From the NCBI GenBank assembly GCA_014905635.1, contig JABVCE010000002.1, positions 1,798,001 to 1,862,000 on the forward strand: a stretch of 64,000 bases of DNA, read 5' to 3'. The notes below the pieces were generated by a model. It did not search any database and had not been told where the DNA came from. It saw only the letters and a program-made list of their open reading frames with translations. A program made the position numbers and the translations under genes. Of this stretch, positions 35,098 through 47,733 are shown piece after piece (the stretch's first letter is position 1; the number at the start of each line of letters is the position of its first letter). This DNA comes from Scenedesmus sp. PABB004. Taxonomy: Eukaryota.

Positions 35098-35323
35098 GCC
35101 TTTGCAGCGGCGGCGGCGGCGGCTCCCTGGCGCGGGGGCCCGCGTCACGTGTTGTTGCACGCGCAGGCATCCGGGGCGGCCGCGCTGGGTAATCGTGCTG
35201 CTGCTGCGCCCGCCCACCAACTCACGGATCAACACCCGCAGCCCCGGCCGCCGCGCCGCGCTCGGCCCGGCGCGGCGCTGGCTGCAGCACGCGCGCCGCC
35301 CGCCGGCCCCACAGCCGCCGCGC

Positions 35324-37690
35324 TCAGGCGTCGGAGCTGCTGCCGCTGCCGCCGCCTGTGCTGCGCCGCCGCCTGTGCCGCTCCGCCCGGCTGGCCGCGC
35401 GCACGCGGCCCAGCGCCGCCGCGTACGCAGCCTGTGGCGTCAGCGCGCCGCGGCCGCGCCCGCGCGCGGCGCCGTCGCTGCGGCTGCCGTCGCCGGTCGC
35501 CTGGCTGCTGCTGCTGCTGCTGCTGCTGGCACCGTCGGACGCGCGCCGCCGCCGCCGCCGCCGCGCCTGCGGCGACGCGACGCGCCCGGCAGCAAACTCC
35601 AGGACGCGCGCCGTCAGCTGGCCGGCGCCGGCGGCGCCCCGCGCGCCGTGCGCGGCCGCCGCCAGGCGGTCGGCGTAGGCCCGGGTCGGGCTGCGCTGCC
35701 GCTCCCTGCCGGCGCTGGCGCCCCCGCCGCAGGCCTGCAGCTGCTGCAGCATCTGCACGGCGGCGGCCGCCGCGGCGCCGCCCTGACCACGCGCGGGGCT
35801 CGCGGGCGCGCTGGCGGGCGCCCCCGCCGCGGCGCCCAGGCGCGCCGCGCGGACGCGCGTGGGGCTGCCCGCCGTCGCGAGCGCGCGGGCCGCCGCCCCC
35901 GGGGTCGCCCCGCCCTGCACGTGCTTCAGCGGGCTGCTGGCCAGCCACGCGCTGCCGCCGCGCGGCGTCACCGATGCCACGTTCAAGTCGCACGGCTGCA
36001 GCGGTGCGGCGGCGGCCGCGCGGTAGCTCTGCGCCAGCCGCTCCAGCGCGCCGCCCGCCGTGCGCGGGCGCTGCTGCTCCTGCGCGCCGCGGCACGCCTG
36101 CAGCGCGCCGGCGAGCCTGGTGGGGCTGCCGGCGCGGCCGCGCGGCGGTGCCGCGCTGTGCGGCAGCGGCAGCAGGTCCCACGCCCGCAGCGACCGCGGC
36201 GCCGACCGCGAGCGCGGGCGGCCCGCCTGCGCGCCGCCGGCAGTGGCGGCGGCGGCGTGCACCTGGCCCTGCCAGGCGCCCCAGGCGGCCGGCAGGCCTG
36301 GCGCGTCGAGGCCCGGCCGCGGGCGGCGCGCGGGGCTGGGCAGCCGCGCGGCCGGCAGGCTGTCCGCCCAGGCCACTGCGCTGAACGCTGCGCCGGGCAC
36401 CTCCGCGCGGGGTGACGCGGCGAGGTGCGCGAGGTCGGGCTCCGGCAGCCACGTGCGACAGCGCGGCGGCCGCTGCGGCTGCCACGCGGCCGCGCGGTCG
36501 CCGCCCCCGCCTGGCGCGGCCCGGCCGCCGGGCTGCGCCTGCGGGGGCAGCTGCCGGCGCTGCTGCGCCTGGCGCGGCGGCTGCGCGGCCGCCTGCACCT
36601 GAGCATACTTGCTGCGCAGCTGCGCCAGCTCGCTCAGGCTCTGCTCCACTGCCGCGACGGCGGACGGCAGGCGCTGCGGCTGCTGCTGCCGCGGGCGCTG
36701 CGCCAGGGGCTGCTGCCGCGCGTGCGCGGGGCGCGCGCCGCCGGCGCTTGCGCGCTGCCGCGCCGCCGCCTCCTGCATCTGCGCCAGCCGGGCGCTGAAG
36801 TCGCCGCCGCCGCCGCCGCCGGAGCTGCGCGCCCCTGCCGGCCTGCCGCCGCTGGTCCAGGGGCGGCGCGGCTGCTGGTGGTGCTGCGGCGCGGCCGCCC
36901 CCGGCCCGCCGCGCGGCCACCCTGCCGCGCCACCAGCGGGCCCGCCCCCGCGCTCGCCGCGCCACGGCAGCTCGCACTCGGCCAGCGCCCGGATGTGCGG
37001 CAGCTGCGCACCCGCCTGCTGCTGCGCCGGCAGCGGCGCCGCGGGCGCCGGGGCGGCACCCAGCAGCGCCGGCGAGGTGCCCGGCCGCGGCGGCGCGCCG
37101 CCGGCGCGCTGCCGCGACGCGCCGCCTCCGCCCCAGGGGCCCGCCGCCGGCGCCGGCTGGCCGCTGTCAAACAGCGTGGCCGGGCGCTGCAGCTGGGCCA
37201 GCAGCTCCTGCCGCGCGCTGCGCGCGTCGAGGTCGGCCTGCAGGCGCTGCAGCTTGGCCGCGAGCGCGGCGTGGCCCGCGATGGCGCGCACCGCCGCGCC
37301 GCGGCCGTCCCGGCCGAGCAGCGCCGGCTGCTGCTGCAGCAGCTCGTCCCGCTCGCGCGCGAGCCGCTCCGCGGCCGCCGCCGCGGCGTCGGCCTCGCGC
37401 ATCTCACGGAACAGCCCCCCGGCGGGCGACCGCGCGGCGCCGCCGCTGCGCGGCTGCGTGGCAGCGCGCGGGCTGCGCGGGGCGCCGCCGCCGCCGCCGG
37501 CACTGCTGGCAAGCGCCGCGTCGAGCGCCGCGTGCACGCCGCGCAGCGCAGCGCAGTCGCGCCGCGCCTCGCGCGCGCCGCCAGCGTCGCCCGGCGGCGG
37601 CGTGGCCGGCGGCGCGTGGGCCGGGCCGCCCGGCGCCGAGGTGGCCGTCAGGTAGGCGTCCAGCAGGCTGGTGCTGGGCGCCGCCGCCAT
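35324..37690 (-). CDS. Hypothetical low-complexity Ala/Pro/Gln-rich protein with short coiled-coil segments
   Basis: Single long ORF from an ATG in a GCCATG-like context (MAAAPSTSLLDAYL...). Includes coding-like segments LARERDELLQQ, LAAKLQRLQADLD and LSELAQLRSKY, and fills the gap between neighbouring genes. No family recognised. Confidence 0.5.
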   Translation of the reverse strand: MAAAPSTSLLDAYLTATSAPGGPAHAPPATPPPGDAGGAREARRDCAALRGVHAALDAALASSAGGGGGAPRSPRAATQPRSGGAARSPAGGLFREMREADAAAAAAERLARERDELLQQQPALLGRDGRGAAVRAIAGHAALAAKLQRLQADLDARSARQELLAQLQRPATLFDSGQPAPAAGPWGGGGASRQRAGGAPPRPGTSPALLGAAPAPAAPLPAQQQAGAQLPHIRALAECELPWRGERGGGPAGGAAGWPRGGPGAAAPQHHQQPRRPWTSGGRPAGARSSGGGGGGDFSARLAQMQEAAARQRASAGGARPAHARQQPLAQRPRQQQPQRLPSAVAAVEQSLSELAQLRSKYAQVQAAAQPPRQAQQRRQLPPQAQPGGRAAPGGGGDRAAAWQPQRPPRCRTWLPEPDLAHLAASPRAEVPGAAFSAVAWADSLPAARLPSPARRPRPGLDAPGLPAAWGAWQGQVHAAAATAGGAQAGRPRSRSAPRSLRAWDLLPLPHSAAPPRGRAGSPTRLAGALQACRGAQEQQRPRTAGGALERLAQSYRAAAAAPLQPCDLNVASVTPRGGSAWLASSPLKHVQGGATPGAAARALATAGSPTRVRAARLGAAAGAPASAPASPARGQGGAAAAAAVQMLQQLQACGGGASAGRERQRSPTRAYADRLAAAAHGARGAAGAGQLTARVLEFAAGRVASPQARRRRRRRASDGASSSSSSSSQATGDGSRSDGAARGRGRGALTPQAAYAAALGRVRAASRAERHRRRRSTGGGSGSSSDA

Positions 37691-38145
37691 CGCCGCAGCA
37701 GCGCCGCCGCCGCACAACAACGCGGCCCGCCGCGCTCCGCACGGGCTGCCTGCGCGATCGGGGCCTCACGCGGGCACGACGGCCGCCTGGCACGCGGCCG
37801 GGCGGCTGCACGCGCTGCTGGGCCGGGAGAGCACAGTCGACCGCTCTCGGTCCACTGGCAGTTCCTGCGCCCGCACGGGCTACTCGGGAGTGAGAGCGTG
37901 TGCGTCGTAGTGGGGCGCGGCGTGGGGCTGCACAGCGCCGACGAGCTGAGCCGCGGGCGGGGGCGGTTTGACTCTACCGTCAAACTCACGCTGCCGAGGG
38001 CGGCGCCCTGCAGACCGCGCTGGTTACCTCCGGCCGCGCAGAGCACGCGAGCGAGCCAGAGAGAGAGAGGGAGAGCGATCCGCCGCCACACACCCGTTGT
38101 TGCGCCCGCGGGGCAGCGCCTGCTGCCACGCCGCACGCGCGCGCT

Positions 38146-39478
38146 TCACTTCAGCAGCGAGCGCGCCAGGTGCTCCTTGGCTGACGCAAAGGCCTGGGAG
38201 AACGTCTGCTCGCGCGCAGGCGCGGCGCAGTGCGCGCGGCGGCATGAGCAGCCCGCGCCGGCGGCCCGCGGCCACTCGCGCCGCCGCCGCCGCCGCGCTC
38301 CGCCAGCGGCAGCTGCGCGCGGGCCGCACCTGCTCCGCGATCGGCACCTCGCCGTCCGCGCCCCGCATCGTCACGCGCGCCGCCACGGTCTGCGGGTCCG
38401 TCTCCAGGATCAGGCTGCGGAAGCGCGCGGGCGGCGCGTCAGGCGCGGCGCCGCCGGCACAGCAGCAGCCGCTCCGCTCCGCTGCCGCCGCCGGGCCCGG
38501 CACGCGTCCGTGACCGCCGCGCTGGCGCCCCGCCGCCGGCCCGTCGCAGCCGCCGCCGCTCTGCTGCCGCTGCTGCCGCTGCTGGCGCTGCTGGCCGCCC
38601 TCCACCGCCGCCGCGCTGCCGTCCCGCCGCCGCCCGCTGCCGCCGCCGCTGCGCCGCCGCCGCCGCGCCGCTGCGGCTCACCCGCCGTCCACGATCTCAT
38701 CCATCACCAGCAGCAGCAGGTCCAGGTTCTCCAGCACCGTCTTCTTGTCTACCTGCTGCCTGCGCGCACACGCACACACCGCCCAGGCCCGCCGCGGCGG
38801 CGGCCGGCGCGTCGGCGCCGCCGCGTGCGCGCCACTCGCCGCGTGCGCTGCCCGCCGCCGCCGCGCGCTGCCCCGGCCGCCGCGCCGCGGCCCGCGCACC
38901 GCAGCAGCGTGGAGGTGGCCTCGTAGAAGGCCTGCAGCACGGCGTAGAGCACGAGCTCGTTCTCCTCGAGGCCGCCGGTCACGTAAAACATGAGGTCCCC
39001 TAGGCACTTGTACACGACCAGGTGGTCGTCAAACATCACGATCTCGGCTGGGGCACGCGAGAGTGCGGCGACAGCGGCGGCGGCGGCGCGGGTGGGGCGG
39101 GCGCGGGGCCGCCCGCGCGGGCGACGCCGCGGCCGGGGCGCTGGGGCGCCGGGGCGCCGCGCTGCGCGCGGGCCGCTGCTGCCGCCGCGGCGCACCCTCC
39201 CCCCGCGCGTTGGTTCTGCTGGTCTTGGCGAACACGGCCTTCTCGTAGTTGGCCTGCGCGCTCACGGTGGCCCTGGCGGCGGCGGGGCGGCGGTGCGGCG
39301 CGGCGTGAGGCGGCGCGCGCGCTCGAGCAGCGGCGGCGGTTGCTGCCGCGCCGTTGCGCCGGCGCCGCGCCGCGGCGCCGCACCACTCGGGGCTGAAGTA
39401 CTTGACCGCTATGCGCCGCCCCTCCGAGTCCAGCACGATGAGGCTGCGCACGGAGGGGCAGGTGGGGTCGAACGCCAT
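38146..39478 (-). CDS. COPZ: Coatomer subunit zeta
   Basis: MAFDPTCPSVRSLIVLDSEGRRIAVKYF, YEKAVFAKTSRTNAR, EIVMFDDHLVVYK..DLMFYVTGG.EENELVL, VDKKTVLENLDLLLLVMDEIVDGG|LILETD and TFSQAFASAKEHLARSLLK*. Confidence 0.93.
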
Positions 39479-39814
39479 AGCAGCAAGCTCTGCCGGTGAT
39501 GCCCGGGCGCCTGCCCCGCCCTGCGGCCTCCAGGCGCCTGCTGGCGGGCCGTGAGATGCCGGGGAGTTCGTGAGCAAGGGCCTGGCGGAGCTGTGGGGCC
39601 GCCCGAGCACGCCGCGCGCGCGTAGGCGCCCGAGAGCGTGTTTGCAGGCGGGGTCTGGCGTGCGGGGCTCGCGCAGCGCCCGACGGGCAGCGCTCCGCGC
39701 GTCCACACGCGCCTGACAGCGTCGCTCGCTCCCCCAGACCTCGCAGCGCGCGCCTTCAGGGCCGGCAGCAGACGCTGCGCGCGCGGACCAGGCGGCGTCG
39801 CTGCGGCCGGCACG

Positions 39815-41262
39815 ATGTTCGCGGACGAGAGCGAGCGGTGCGGGGCGATCGCTGCCGCGGCGCTGGGCACGCGCGCTCTCGCAGCGCGGAGAGCGCCCAC
39901 GCCTGCTGCCGCACTCTGCCCGCAGGGAGCAGTTCTTCGAGGTCGCCAAGGCCCAGGCGCAGAAGGACTTTCAGGACGACCCCACCAATGCGCAGGTGCG
40001 CCGCGCCGCGGCCGCGGAGCGCCGCCCGGCCGCGCGCGCGGCGGCCGCCGCCGACGCGCTGCTGCTGTCGCCGCCCGCCGCTGCTCGCGCCCCGCGCCCG
40101 CCGCGCCAGGCGCTCGTGCGCTGGGGCGGCGCGCTGCTGGAGCTCGCGCACTTCAAGCAGGGCTCGGAGGCCGACCAATGCATCCAGGACGTGCGTGCCG
40201 CGCGGCAGGGGGGCGCGGCGCCGCGCGGCGCGCAGCGCGCCTGCCCACGCACGGCCGCGGCGCCCGCCCCGCCTGCGCCGCGCCGGGGCCCGCAGGCGAT
40301 CGTCAAGCTGCAGGAGGCGCTCGCCCTCGACCCTGAGCGCACCGACGCGGAGTGGTGCCTAGGCAACGCATACACGTCGATGGTGCGGCGGCGAGCGCCA
40401 CGGGGCTGCACGGGGCGCGAGAGCTGCGGCAGACGCAGCTAGCAGCGCCGGCGCGCGCACGACGGCGCGCCGCCGTCGCCGCCGCGCCGCAGGGCTTCTT
40501 GGCAAGCGACCGCAAGACGGCGCTGCAGCACTTTGGCCAGGCAGAGGACTTTTTCAAGCACTGCAAGGAGAAGGTGCGGCCCCGCCCCGGGCGCCGCAGC
40601 GCAGCAGCCGCCGGGGGTGCCCGCGGCCGCAGCAGCGCGGCGGTGGTCGGGCGGTCGCAGCGCGGCGTGCGCCCGGCCGCCTGGCTGCGCCGACGCCCTC
40701 GTTGCGCCGCCCGCCCGCCGCGCAGGAGCCTGGCAACGAGACCTACAAGAAGGCGCTCGAGATGTGCAAAAAGGTGCCGCCGCCGCACCGGCCGCCAGCG
40801 CCGCCGCTGCGGGCCGGGGGCGGGCGCCGCGGGCGCCGGGGGCCCGCGCTGCGGCCGCGCCGACCCGGGCGCGTGCGCGGGCCGCCGCCGCGCCCGCGCC
40901 GACCCGGCCGCGCTGGCCTCTGCCGCCCCCGCGCGTGCCGCCGGCCACAGGCGCCCGAGTACTACGATGAGATTCAGACGCAGCTGCAGCAGGTGCCGCG
41001 GCGGCGCGCGGCGGCGGCGCGCGGCGGCGGCGTGCGGCGGACGAATGCCTGCCGCCTGGTGCCTCGCTGCCGTAGACGCAGCGCGCGCGCTCCCCCGCAG
41101 GCGCAGGCGTCGGGCGCCGTGAGCGGCGGCAGCGGCGGCGGCAAGAAGGGCGACGAGCCGGGCGGCGAGTTCTGGTGGGACGTCGCGGGCTGGGTGACGC
41201 TGGGGGCGATCATCGTGGGCGTGATGATGCTGTCCAAGGCCGGCGGCCCGCCCAAGGCGTAG
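39815..41262 (+). CDS. TOM20: Plant-type mitochondrial import receptor TOM20
   Basis: FFEVAKAQAQKDFQDDPTNAQ|ALVRWGGALLELAHF, AIVKLQEALALDP..DAEWCLGNAYTS|GFL, EPGNETYKKALEMCKK|APEYYDEI and a C-terminal anchor EFWWDVAGWVTLGAIIVGVMML. Confidence 0.9.
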
Positions 41263-41605
41263 CTGCGCAGCGGGGCGCGGGCGGGGGCGCGGGGCGCGGG
41301 GCGCGGGCGGTGCGGCCGGCGGGGGTGGCGGTGCGGTCAATCGAGCGAGTTGGGTGGGATGCACCAGCGTCCCGCTGGCACGGGCAAATCGCAAGCGGCG
41401 TCGGCGGCAGTTCGAGCGGCGATCGAAAAACTGCCGCGGCCGCGCCGCAGCGCGTCGATCGGCCGCCGCGCGACATCCCCCTCTGCCGCCTGCCGTCCGT
41501 CCGAGCCACCGCCCCGACGGCGCACACCGCCGCGGCACGCGCGCGCGGAGCAGGTTCGACGCGAGCAGCAGCAGCAGCAGCAGCAACCACCCGGCTCTCG
41601 GCGCC

Positions 41606-44220
41606 ATGGTGGACGGCGCGGCTCCCTCGCCCGCCGGGAAGGCGGCCGACAAGAAGAAGGTGGCGGTGCTGGACGCCCCGGCCGTGGTTGTGGGCAAGCG
41701 CGACAGGAAGGCGCCCGAGGCGTTCGCGCCCCCCGCGGCCAAGCCCAAGGCCGACACCACCATCAAGGAGGTGCGTAACCGCCTGGGCGCGCGGAGCGCC
41801 TGCCGCCTGGCCGGCGGGAGCGCCCCCAGGCGGCGTGGCGTGGCGGGGAGCGCGCGGCATCAGCTCGCGCCACCTCCCGCGCCCTCCCGCCCTGCACGGC
41901 CCGCGTGACCGCCCCGCCGCCGCCGCAGGGCCACGGCACCAAGCTGGGCGACATCCCCAACGGTGGGCGCCGGCCGCCGCGCCGCCGCTGCGCCGCGCGG
42001 GGGGCCAGCACGCAGCGCCGCCGCTGGCAGCCCGCCGCCGCTGACGGCGCGCCGCTGCCGCTCATGCCGCAGTCAAGTTCAAGCTCAGCAAGATCTCGCC
42101 CAAGGAGGAGATCGTGAAGAGCCTGCACCGCGCGTGCTTCGGCCGCGACGGCACGGTGCGCGCCGCGCGCCGCGGTCGCGCAACGCGCCTGCCGGCGCTC
42201 GCGCCGTGGGCGCGCTGCCGCGCGCGCCGCGCCGCGCCCGACCGCCGCGCGGCGCCGGCGCGCGCGTGCTGCTGCCGCTGCAGGCGCACGAGCGCAAGAA
42301 GAACCTCTACGCCTTCAGCGGCCTCGTGTTCGACGGCGACAAGGTGTGCGGCGCGGCGGCGCGGGCGCCAGCGAACCCGCGCCGGCAGCAACGCCCCCCG
42401 CGCGCGGCGCCGGCCGCCGACGCGCGCGCGCTGCGCCGCGCGCACGCGCCCCGTGCCGCGCGCGCAGGCGGCGGGGCGCGCCAAGGTCGCGAAGCGCCTC
42501 GAGGCGTGGACCGCGCCCGCGCTGGCCGAGGCGCTCGACGTGTTTGACCTGCCCCGCGTGAGCGAGGGTAACAAGGAGCACAAGGCCGGCCGCGTGCTTG
42601 CCTTCCTGGAGAAGCCCCACCAGGCCAGCGACAAGGACCTCGCCGCCCTGGTGCGGCGGCGGCGCGGCCGGCGGCGCGCGGGGACGGGCAGCGCGCTGGG
42701 CGGGGGCTCCGCGGTGCGCCCCCGGGCGGCCGGCGCCGCGCGGCGGCGGCAGTGGCGTGGCGGCGCGGCAAGCGGCAGCGGCGGCACGGCGCGGCTGACG
42801 CGCGTGGTGCGGCGCGGCGCAGGGCGAGAAGAAGAAGGCGGCGGCCGCGCGCAAGCGCGCCAAGGCGGCGGCCGCGAGCCCCAAGGCCGGCGCCAAGCGC
42901 AAGGCCGGCGGCGCCGCGGCCAAGGCCCCCGCGGCCAAGAAGGCCAAGGGCGGCGGCGGCAAGGCCAAGGCCAAGCCCGAGGCGAGCGAGGAGCCTGAGG
43001 AGGAGGAGGAGCTGGAGGAGGAGGAGGAGGAGCCGGAGGAGGAGGAGGAGGCGAGCGAAGAGGTGGGCGGGGCCGTGGGCGTCAGGCGGGCGGGCTGCGG
43101 CGGCCCCGCCCGCGCTCGGACTGCCGCTCACACCCGCCGCCTGCCTGTCGCGGCGCCGCCCCGGCAGGAGGCGCCCACGCCCGCGCGCAAGCGCGCCGCC
43201 GGCAAGCGCGCGGCGCCCGCGAGCGCCAAGGGCGGCTCGAGCGCCAAGGGCGGCCGGCGCAAGAAGGCGGCCGAGCCCGAGGACGAGCCCGGCAGCGACG
43301 GCGAGGAGGAGGCCGGCGGCAGCGCCAAGAAGCGCAAGACTGCGGGCAAGGCCGCCGCCGCCACGCCGGCGCGCGGCAAGAAGCAGCAGAAGCAGCCGGA
43401 CGCGGCGGACGAGCCGCAGCCCGACGGTGGGCGGTCGGCCGCCCGCGGCGCCGCGCGCCCGGCCACCGCCGCCGCCCGCGCGCGCGCGCACCGCGCGCCG
43501 TGGTGCTGCCGCCCACGCCGCCGCCGCCGCCTGCGCGCCGCCGCCGCCGCCGCCGCGGTGCAGGGGGCGAGCTGCCGAGCGACGGCGAGCTGCGCGGCGC
43601 GCTGGAGGCGATGCTGGCGGGGACTGACCTGACCGTGGTGAGCTTCAAGGTCCTCCAGGAGCGCCTCGAGGAGAAGTTCGGGGTGAGCCATCGCAGCCGC
43701 GGCCCCCGCCCGGGGACGGGCCCCCGCCGCCGCTGAGCGCGCCCGCGCCGCTGGCGCCGCCGCGGCCGCGCCCCGCGCCGCGCCGTGCGCGCCGCGCGCC
43801 ACACGCTGCCGCGGGCGCCGCCCGCCGACCCGGCGCCAGGTGGGCCTCAAGGCCAAGCGCAAGTTCCTCAAGGGCCTGGTGACCGAGTGGGTCGAGGCGC
43901 ACACGGACGCGGACGCGCCCATGGCCGACGCGCCGGCGGCCGAGCCGGAGCCCGCCGCCGCCGCCGCGGAGGCGGCGCCTGCGCCGGCGCCCGCCGCGGA
44001 GCCGGAGCCTGCTGCCGCGGCGCAGGAGCCCGAGCCGGCGCCCGAGCCGGCGCAGGAGCCCGAGCCGGCGCCCGAGCCCGAGCCGGCGCCCGAGCCGGAG
44101 CCCGCAGCGGAGCCGGAGCCGGCGGCGGCGGAGCCCGAGCCTGCTGCGCCCGCCGAGCCGGCGGCGGCGGAGCCAGAGCCTGCTGCGCCCGCTGAGCCGC
44201 CGGCGGAGGCCGCGGCGTGA
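41606..44220 (+). CDS. DEK-domain chromatin-associated protein
   Basis: GKRDRKAPEAF, IKE|GHGTKLGDIPN|VKFKLSK, LHRACFGRDG, RKKNLYAFSG and VLAFLEKPH. Lys/Ala-rich and acidic tracts. DEK_C region PSDGELRGALEAMLAGTDLTVVSFKVLQERLEEKFG|VGLKAKRKFLKGLV. (PEPA)n tail. Confidence 0.85.
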
Positions 44221-44412
44221 CGCTCATCGCAGTGCGATGCTGACCCAACGGGGAGTGGCGGGGTTGCGCGAGTTGCGCGACGACGACTGCGCGCCGGGGA
44301 CCGCTGACGCCGGGGCGGGAGAGACCACGTCTGGGAGGGACGCGCGCTGGCAACGGTTTGCACGGCGCCGGCCGTCGGCCGACCCCTCGCACAGCACGCC
44401 GCCTCGGGCGCG

Positions 44413-44736
44413 GGTCAAACCGTCCCGCCCGGGGCGCGCACGCGCCGCTGCCTGCAGCCCGGAGGCCCCCGCGCGCTGAGGGCGGCGCCTGGGCTGCCGA
44501 GTGGGGCCAGCGCGTGCCCGCCGCGGGTGTGTGGGGGTGTAGGCGGTGTTACGACGCCGCGTGCCGCCCGCCCGCGGCGCGCCGCCTGCCCCCTGCTGGC
44601 CGAGGAGGCGGCGCCAGTGCTGTGCAACCGCAAGCGACCGCCAGGCAGGCCCGCGCAGCGATCCCGCGCCCGCACGCCCCGCGACAGCGCGCGGGCCTCC
44701 TACGCGCCTCCCGCGCCGCGCGTCGCCGCCAGCAGG
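44413..44736. repeat. 324-bp direct repeat, copy 1 (partner at 47734-48057)
   Basis: Runs from ggtcaaaccgtccc to cgccgccagcagg. Identical to the partner except one T/C difference that I could see (ctgctggcc versus ctgccggcc). Confidence 0.95.
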
Positions 44737-44887
44737 CTGCGCACGCCCGCCACGGGCATCGTGTGATCGCTCCGCGCCTCCCGCACCCGCCGCTGTGCTG
44801 CCAGCAGCGCTCAGCGGCCGGCGCCGCGCCATCGCGACCGCGGCCGCCTCCCATTCGGCGTTCCCCGCCGCGGGCGGCCGCCCGTTG

Positions 44888-45855
44888 ATGGCCCGGATGT
44901 CCATGGAGCCAGAGGCACCCCCGGCCGTGGCCGAGGGCGAGCACGGGGAGAGCAGCAGCAAGCCGGCACCGGCGAGCCCACCAACCGAGGACGAGGACAC
45001 CCCGGCCAGCAGCGGGCGCTCCGAGACCTCCAAGCTGCCGTGCGCGTTCTACATGCGCACCGGGACCTGCGCCTACGTGAGTGCCCGCGGCCCGCGCTCT
45101 GCGACGACGCCCGGCCTTGGCCCGCGGCGCGCCCGCACGCCGCGCCGCACGCTGCGTTGGCCGGCAGGCCCCGCCGGCCGGCCGTACGCGCGGCCGGGGC
45201 GTCCCGCGCGCGCCAGCGGCGCCCCGAGACGCAGGTCAAGACCGGCCGCCCTACTACGCCCGCCTGCCGCGCGCGCCCCCGGCGTCCGCAGGGCGAGCGG
45301 TGCAAGTTTCACCACCCCAGCGAGCGGCCCCAGGTCTTCATGAACAGCAGGTGCGGCCACGGCGGCTCGCGGCGCGGCGCGGCGTGCGGCGGCGGCAGCG
45401 GCAGCAGCGGTGTGCGCCGACGGCAACTGCGCGGCCGGCCGGCGACCAGCGCGCGCCTGGACGGGCCCGCGCAGCAGCACGCGGGGCGGCCGCGGCGGCA
45501 GCCTTGGTCGCCGGCCAGCCGGCCCCGAGGCACGGGCCGGGCCGGGCCGGGCGAGACCCACGCGCGCCGCCGCCGGGCTGCGCCGCGCGTCCGCGCGCAG
45601 GAACCTGCCGCTGCGCCCCGACGAGCCCGACTGCAACTTCTACATGCGCCACGGCTGGTGCGCGTTCAGCGACACCTGCAAGTTCCACCACCCGGAGCTG
45701 GCGGGCGCGCCGGGGCAGCAGGGCAGCCCCGGCGCCGGGCCGGGCGCCGGCGTGGGCGCGCCGCGCGGCGGCGGCCGCGCGCACGGCGGCGGCCGCCCCG
45801 GCGCCGGCCCGCCCGGCAAGGGCGGCCCGCACGGCGGCGGCGGCGGCGGCGGTGC

Positions 45856-45913
<58 letters not shown>

Positions 45914-46561
45914 GGCGGCTACGGCGGCGGCGGCTACGGCGGCGGCGGCGGCTACGGCGGGCACGGCGGCCACCACCCGGGCATGGGCGGTCCCTACGGG
46001 CCGCACCACGTGGGCCACGTGGTCTACGGCCACGCGCACTACTACGCGCCGCCGCACATGGCCGCCGCGCACGGCGGGCGCGGCGGCGTGCCGTACGGCG
46101 CGGTGTTTGGCGGGCCGATGATCCACCCGGTCATGCACATGCGCCCCTATGGCGGCGGCGGCGTGCCCCACATGGCCCACATGGGGCCCCCGGGAGGGCC
46201 GGGCGGCCTGGCGCAGCAGATGCACGGGCTCGGCCTCGGCCCGGGCGGCGGCGCCAACGGCAACGGCGCGCACCACGGCGGGCCCGGCGGCCGCGGCCGC
46301 GGCCGGCAGGGCGGCGGCGGCGGCGGCCGCAGCCGCGCGGGCGCGCCCGCCGGGGGCGGCAAGCCGGAGGCGGAGCCGCAGGCGGAGGCCTGCGCCGCGC
46401 TGCCGGTGGCGCCGGCGTCTGGCAGCGGCAGCCGCGCGGCCTCGCTGGCGCCAGCGGAGCAGCCGAGCAAGGCGGCGGCGCCAGGCGCGCCGCCAGCGCC
46501 GGCGCCGGCGGGCGACGCCGTGGCGTCTGGCGAGGCGGACCATCAGCAGCCCGAGGCCTAG
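44888..46561 (+). CDS. Tandem CCCH zinc-finger RNA-binding protein with polyQ and Gly/His/Tyr-rich low-complexity tail
   Basis: CAFYMRTGTCAY|GERCKFHHP and LPLRPDEPDCNFYMRHGWCAFSDTCKFHHP (C-x8-C-x5-C-x3-H). PolyQ at ~45857-45910. Alternative in-frame ATGs at 44897 and 44903. Confidence 0.85.
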
Positions 46562-47733
46562 GCCCGGCGCGCACGCAGGCGTCTCGCGCCAGCGCGTGGC
46601 CCCCGTTGTTTGCGGCCCTGCGGCGGGCCGCCGCGGCTGTCGCCATCCGGCACCGGCCGGCCGCCCGGGGCGCTAGTCAACCCAATCCGCGCTGGGAGCT
46701 GTGTGGGGCGGGGGCGGGCCCCTGCGCCACGTGCCCGCGCAGCGGCTGTGTAGGCTTAGCCAGTCCAGGCATCTCTTATTGGCGCACCCAGCCGCCACGC
46801 GTTTTGGCGGGCGGGGCGGCGCACGCGCGTTTTTCTTTTACACGCCCCCGCTGCGGCGCGCGGCTGCTGCTGGCTGCCGCGCGCCGCGCGCGCTGGGGCG
46901 GCGGGCCACGCGCCGCTGCGGGCGGCCGCCGGGGGCGCCTGCCACTCACGCCCGGCGGGCCGCAGCGTGGCCTCGGACGGGGGCGCGTCCGGTCGCTCGA
47001 GCCGCGGCACTCGAGAGCTTGACTTCTAGGGTTCCTCGTGCGCGTCAAGGGAGGTCGGGAGGGCGGGCGGGGCACTGGGTGGGCACTGGGCGGGCTGCGA
47101 GCGCTGCCAGCCGCACCGCGCCCCAAATGCGCGCGCCGCCGGACAACTTGACGTGCTGCCGGCGAGCCTCACGCCTCGCCGCAGCGGCTTGCCGCCTCGC
47201 GCGCACTCGTGTGCCTCTCTGGCGGGCGGCAAACCTGCAAACCCGCTGCGTTCGTCGGCCGTGTCGTGGTGGCGGGCTGTGTGCCGTTGGTCTCTGGTGC
47301 TGAGAGACTGGTCCAGGGGTCGTCGAGTCTGCGGCGGCGGTGGGCTGCGCATGCAGCCCCCGTGCGTTGCCCGCACTTGTGTTGCCAGGCGCTGCGCAGC
47401 CGCCGGGACGGCGTCTGGCTTGTGAGCGGGGCAATCAACGCGACGGCCGCGGTGCCTTCGCGCCCGCTACACCTCGCGCCCATTGCTTGCATGCACATGC
47501 GCTCCGCGGAGCGGCGCCGACGAGAGCCACCGCGCGCGCCTGAGCTCGTCGCGCTACAGCTTGTCACACATTCCGGGTGGGGGCGCAGGACTGCCCATAC
47601 CCATGCTTCGGGCCCCGAATCCGCAGCGCAGCCGACGAGCTCGCGCCGGTTGGCGGCGATCGATCGATCGAGGCGTGGGCGCGCAGCCGCCGCCTCGCTG
47701 TAAATGTACCCTCGGACGCGACGCGACGCGACT

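Noticed and set aside
44413..44736. 324-bp repeat as a structured RNA gene (SRP/7SL, snRNA) or tRNA-derived SINE
   Set aside because: I could find no SRP helix-8 motif, Sm site, pol III A/B boxes, oligo-T terminator or poly(A) tail.
46570..47730. Short ORFs in the lower-GC region after the CCCH gene
   Set aside because: No recognisable motifs or codon bias. It is consistent with a long 3' UTR ending near TGTAA at 47699.
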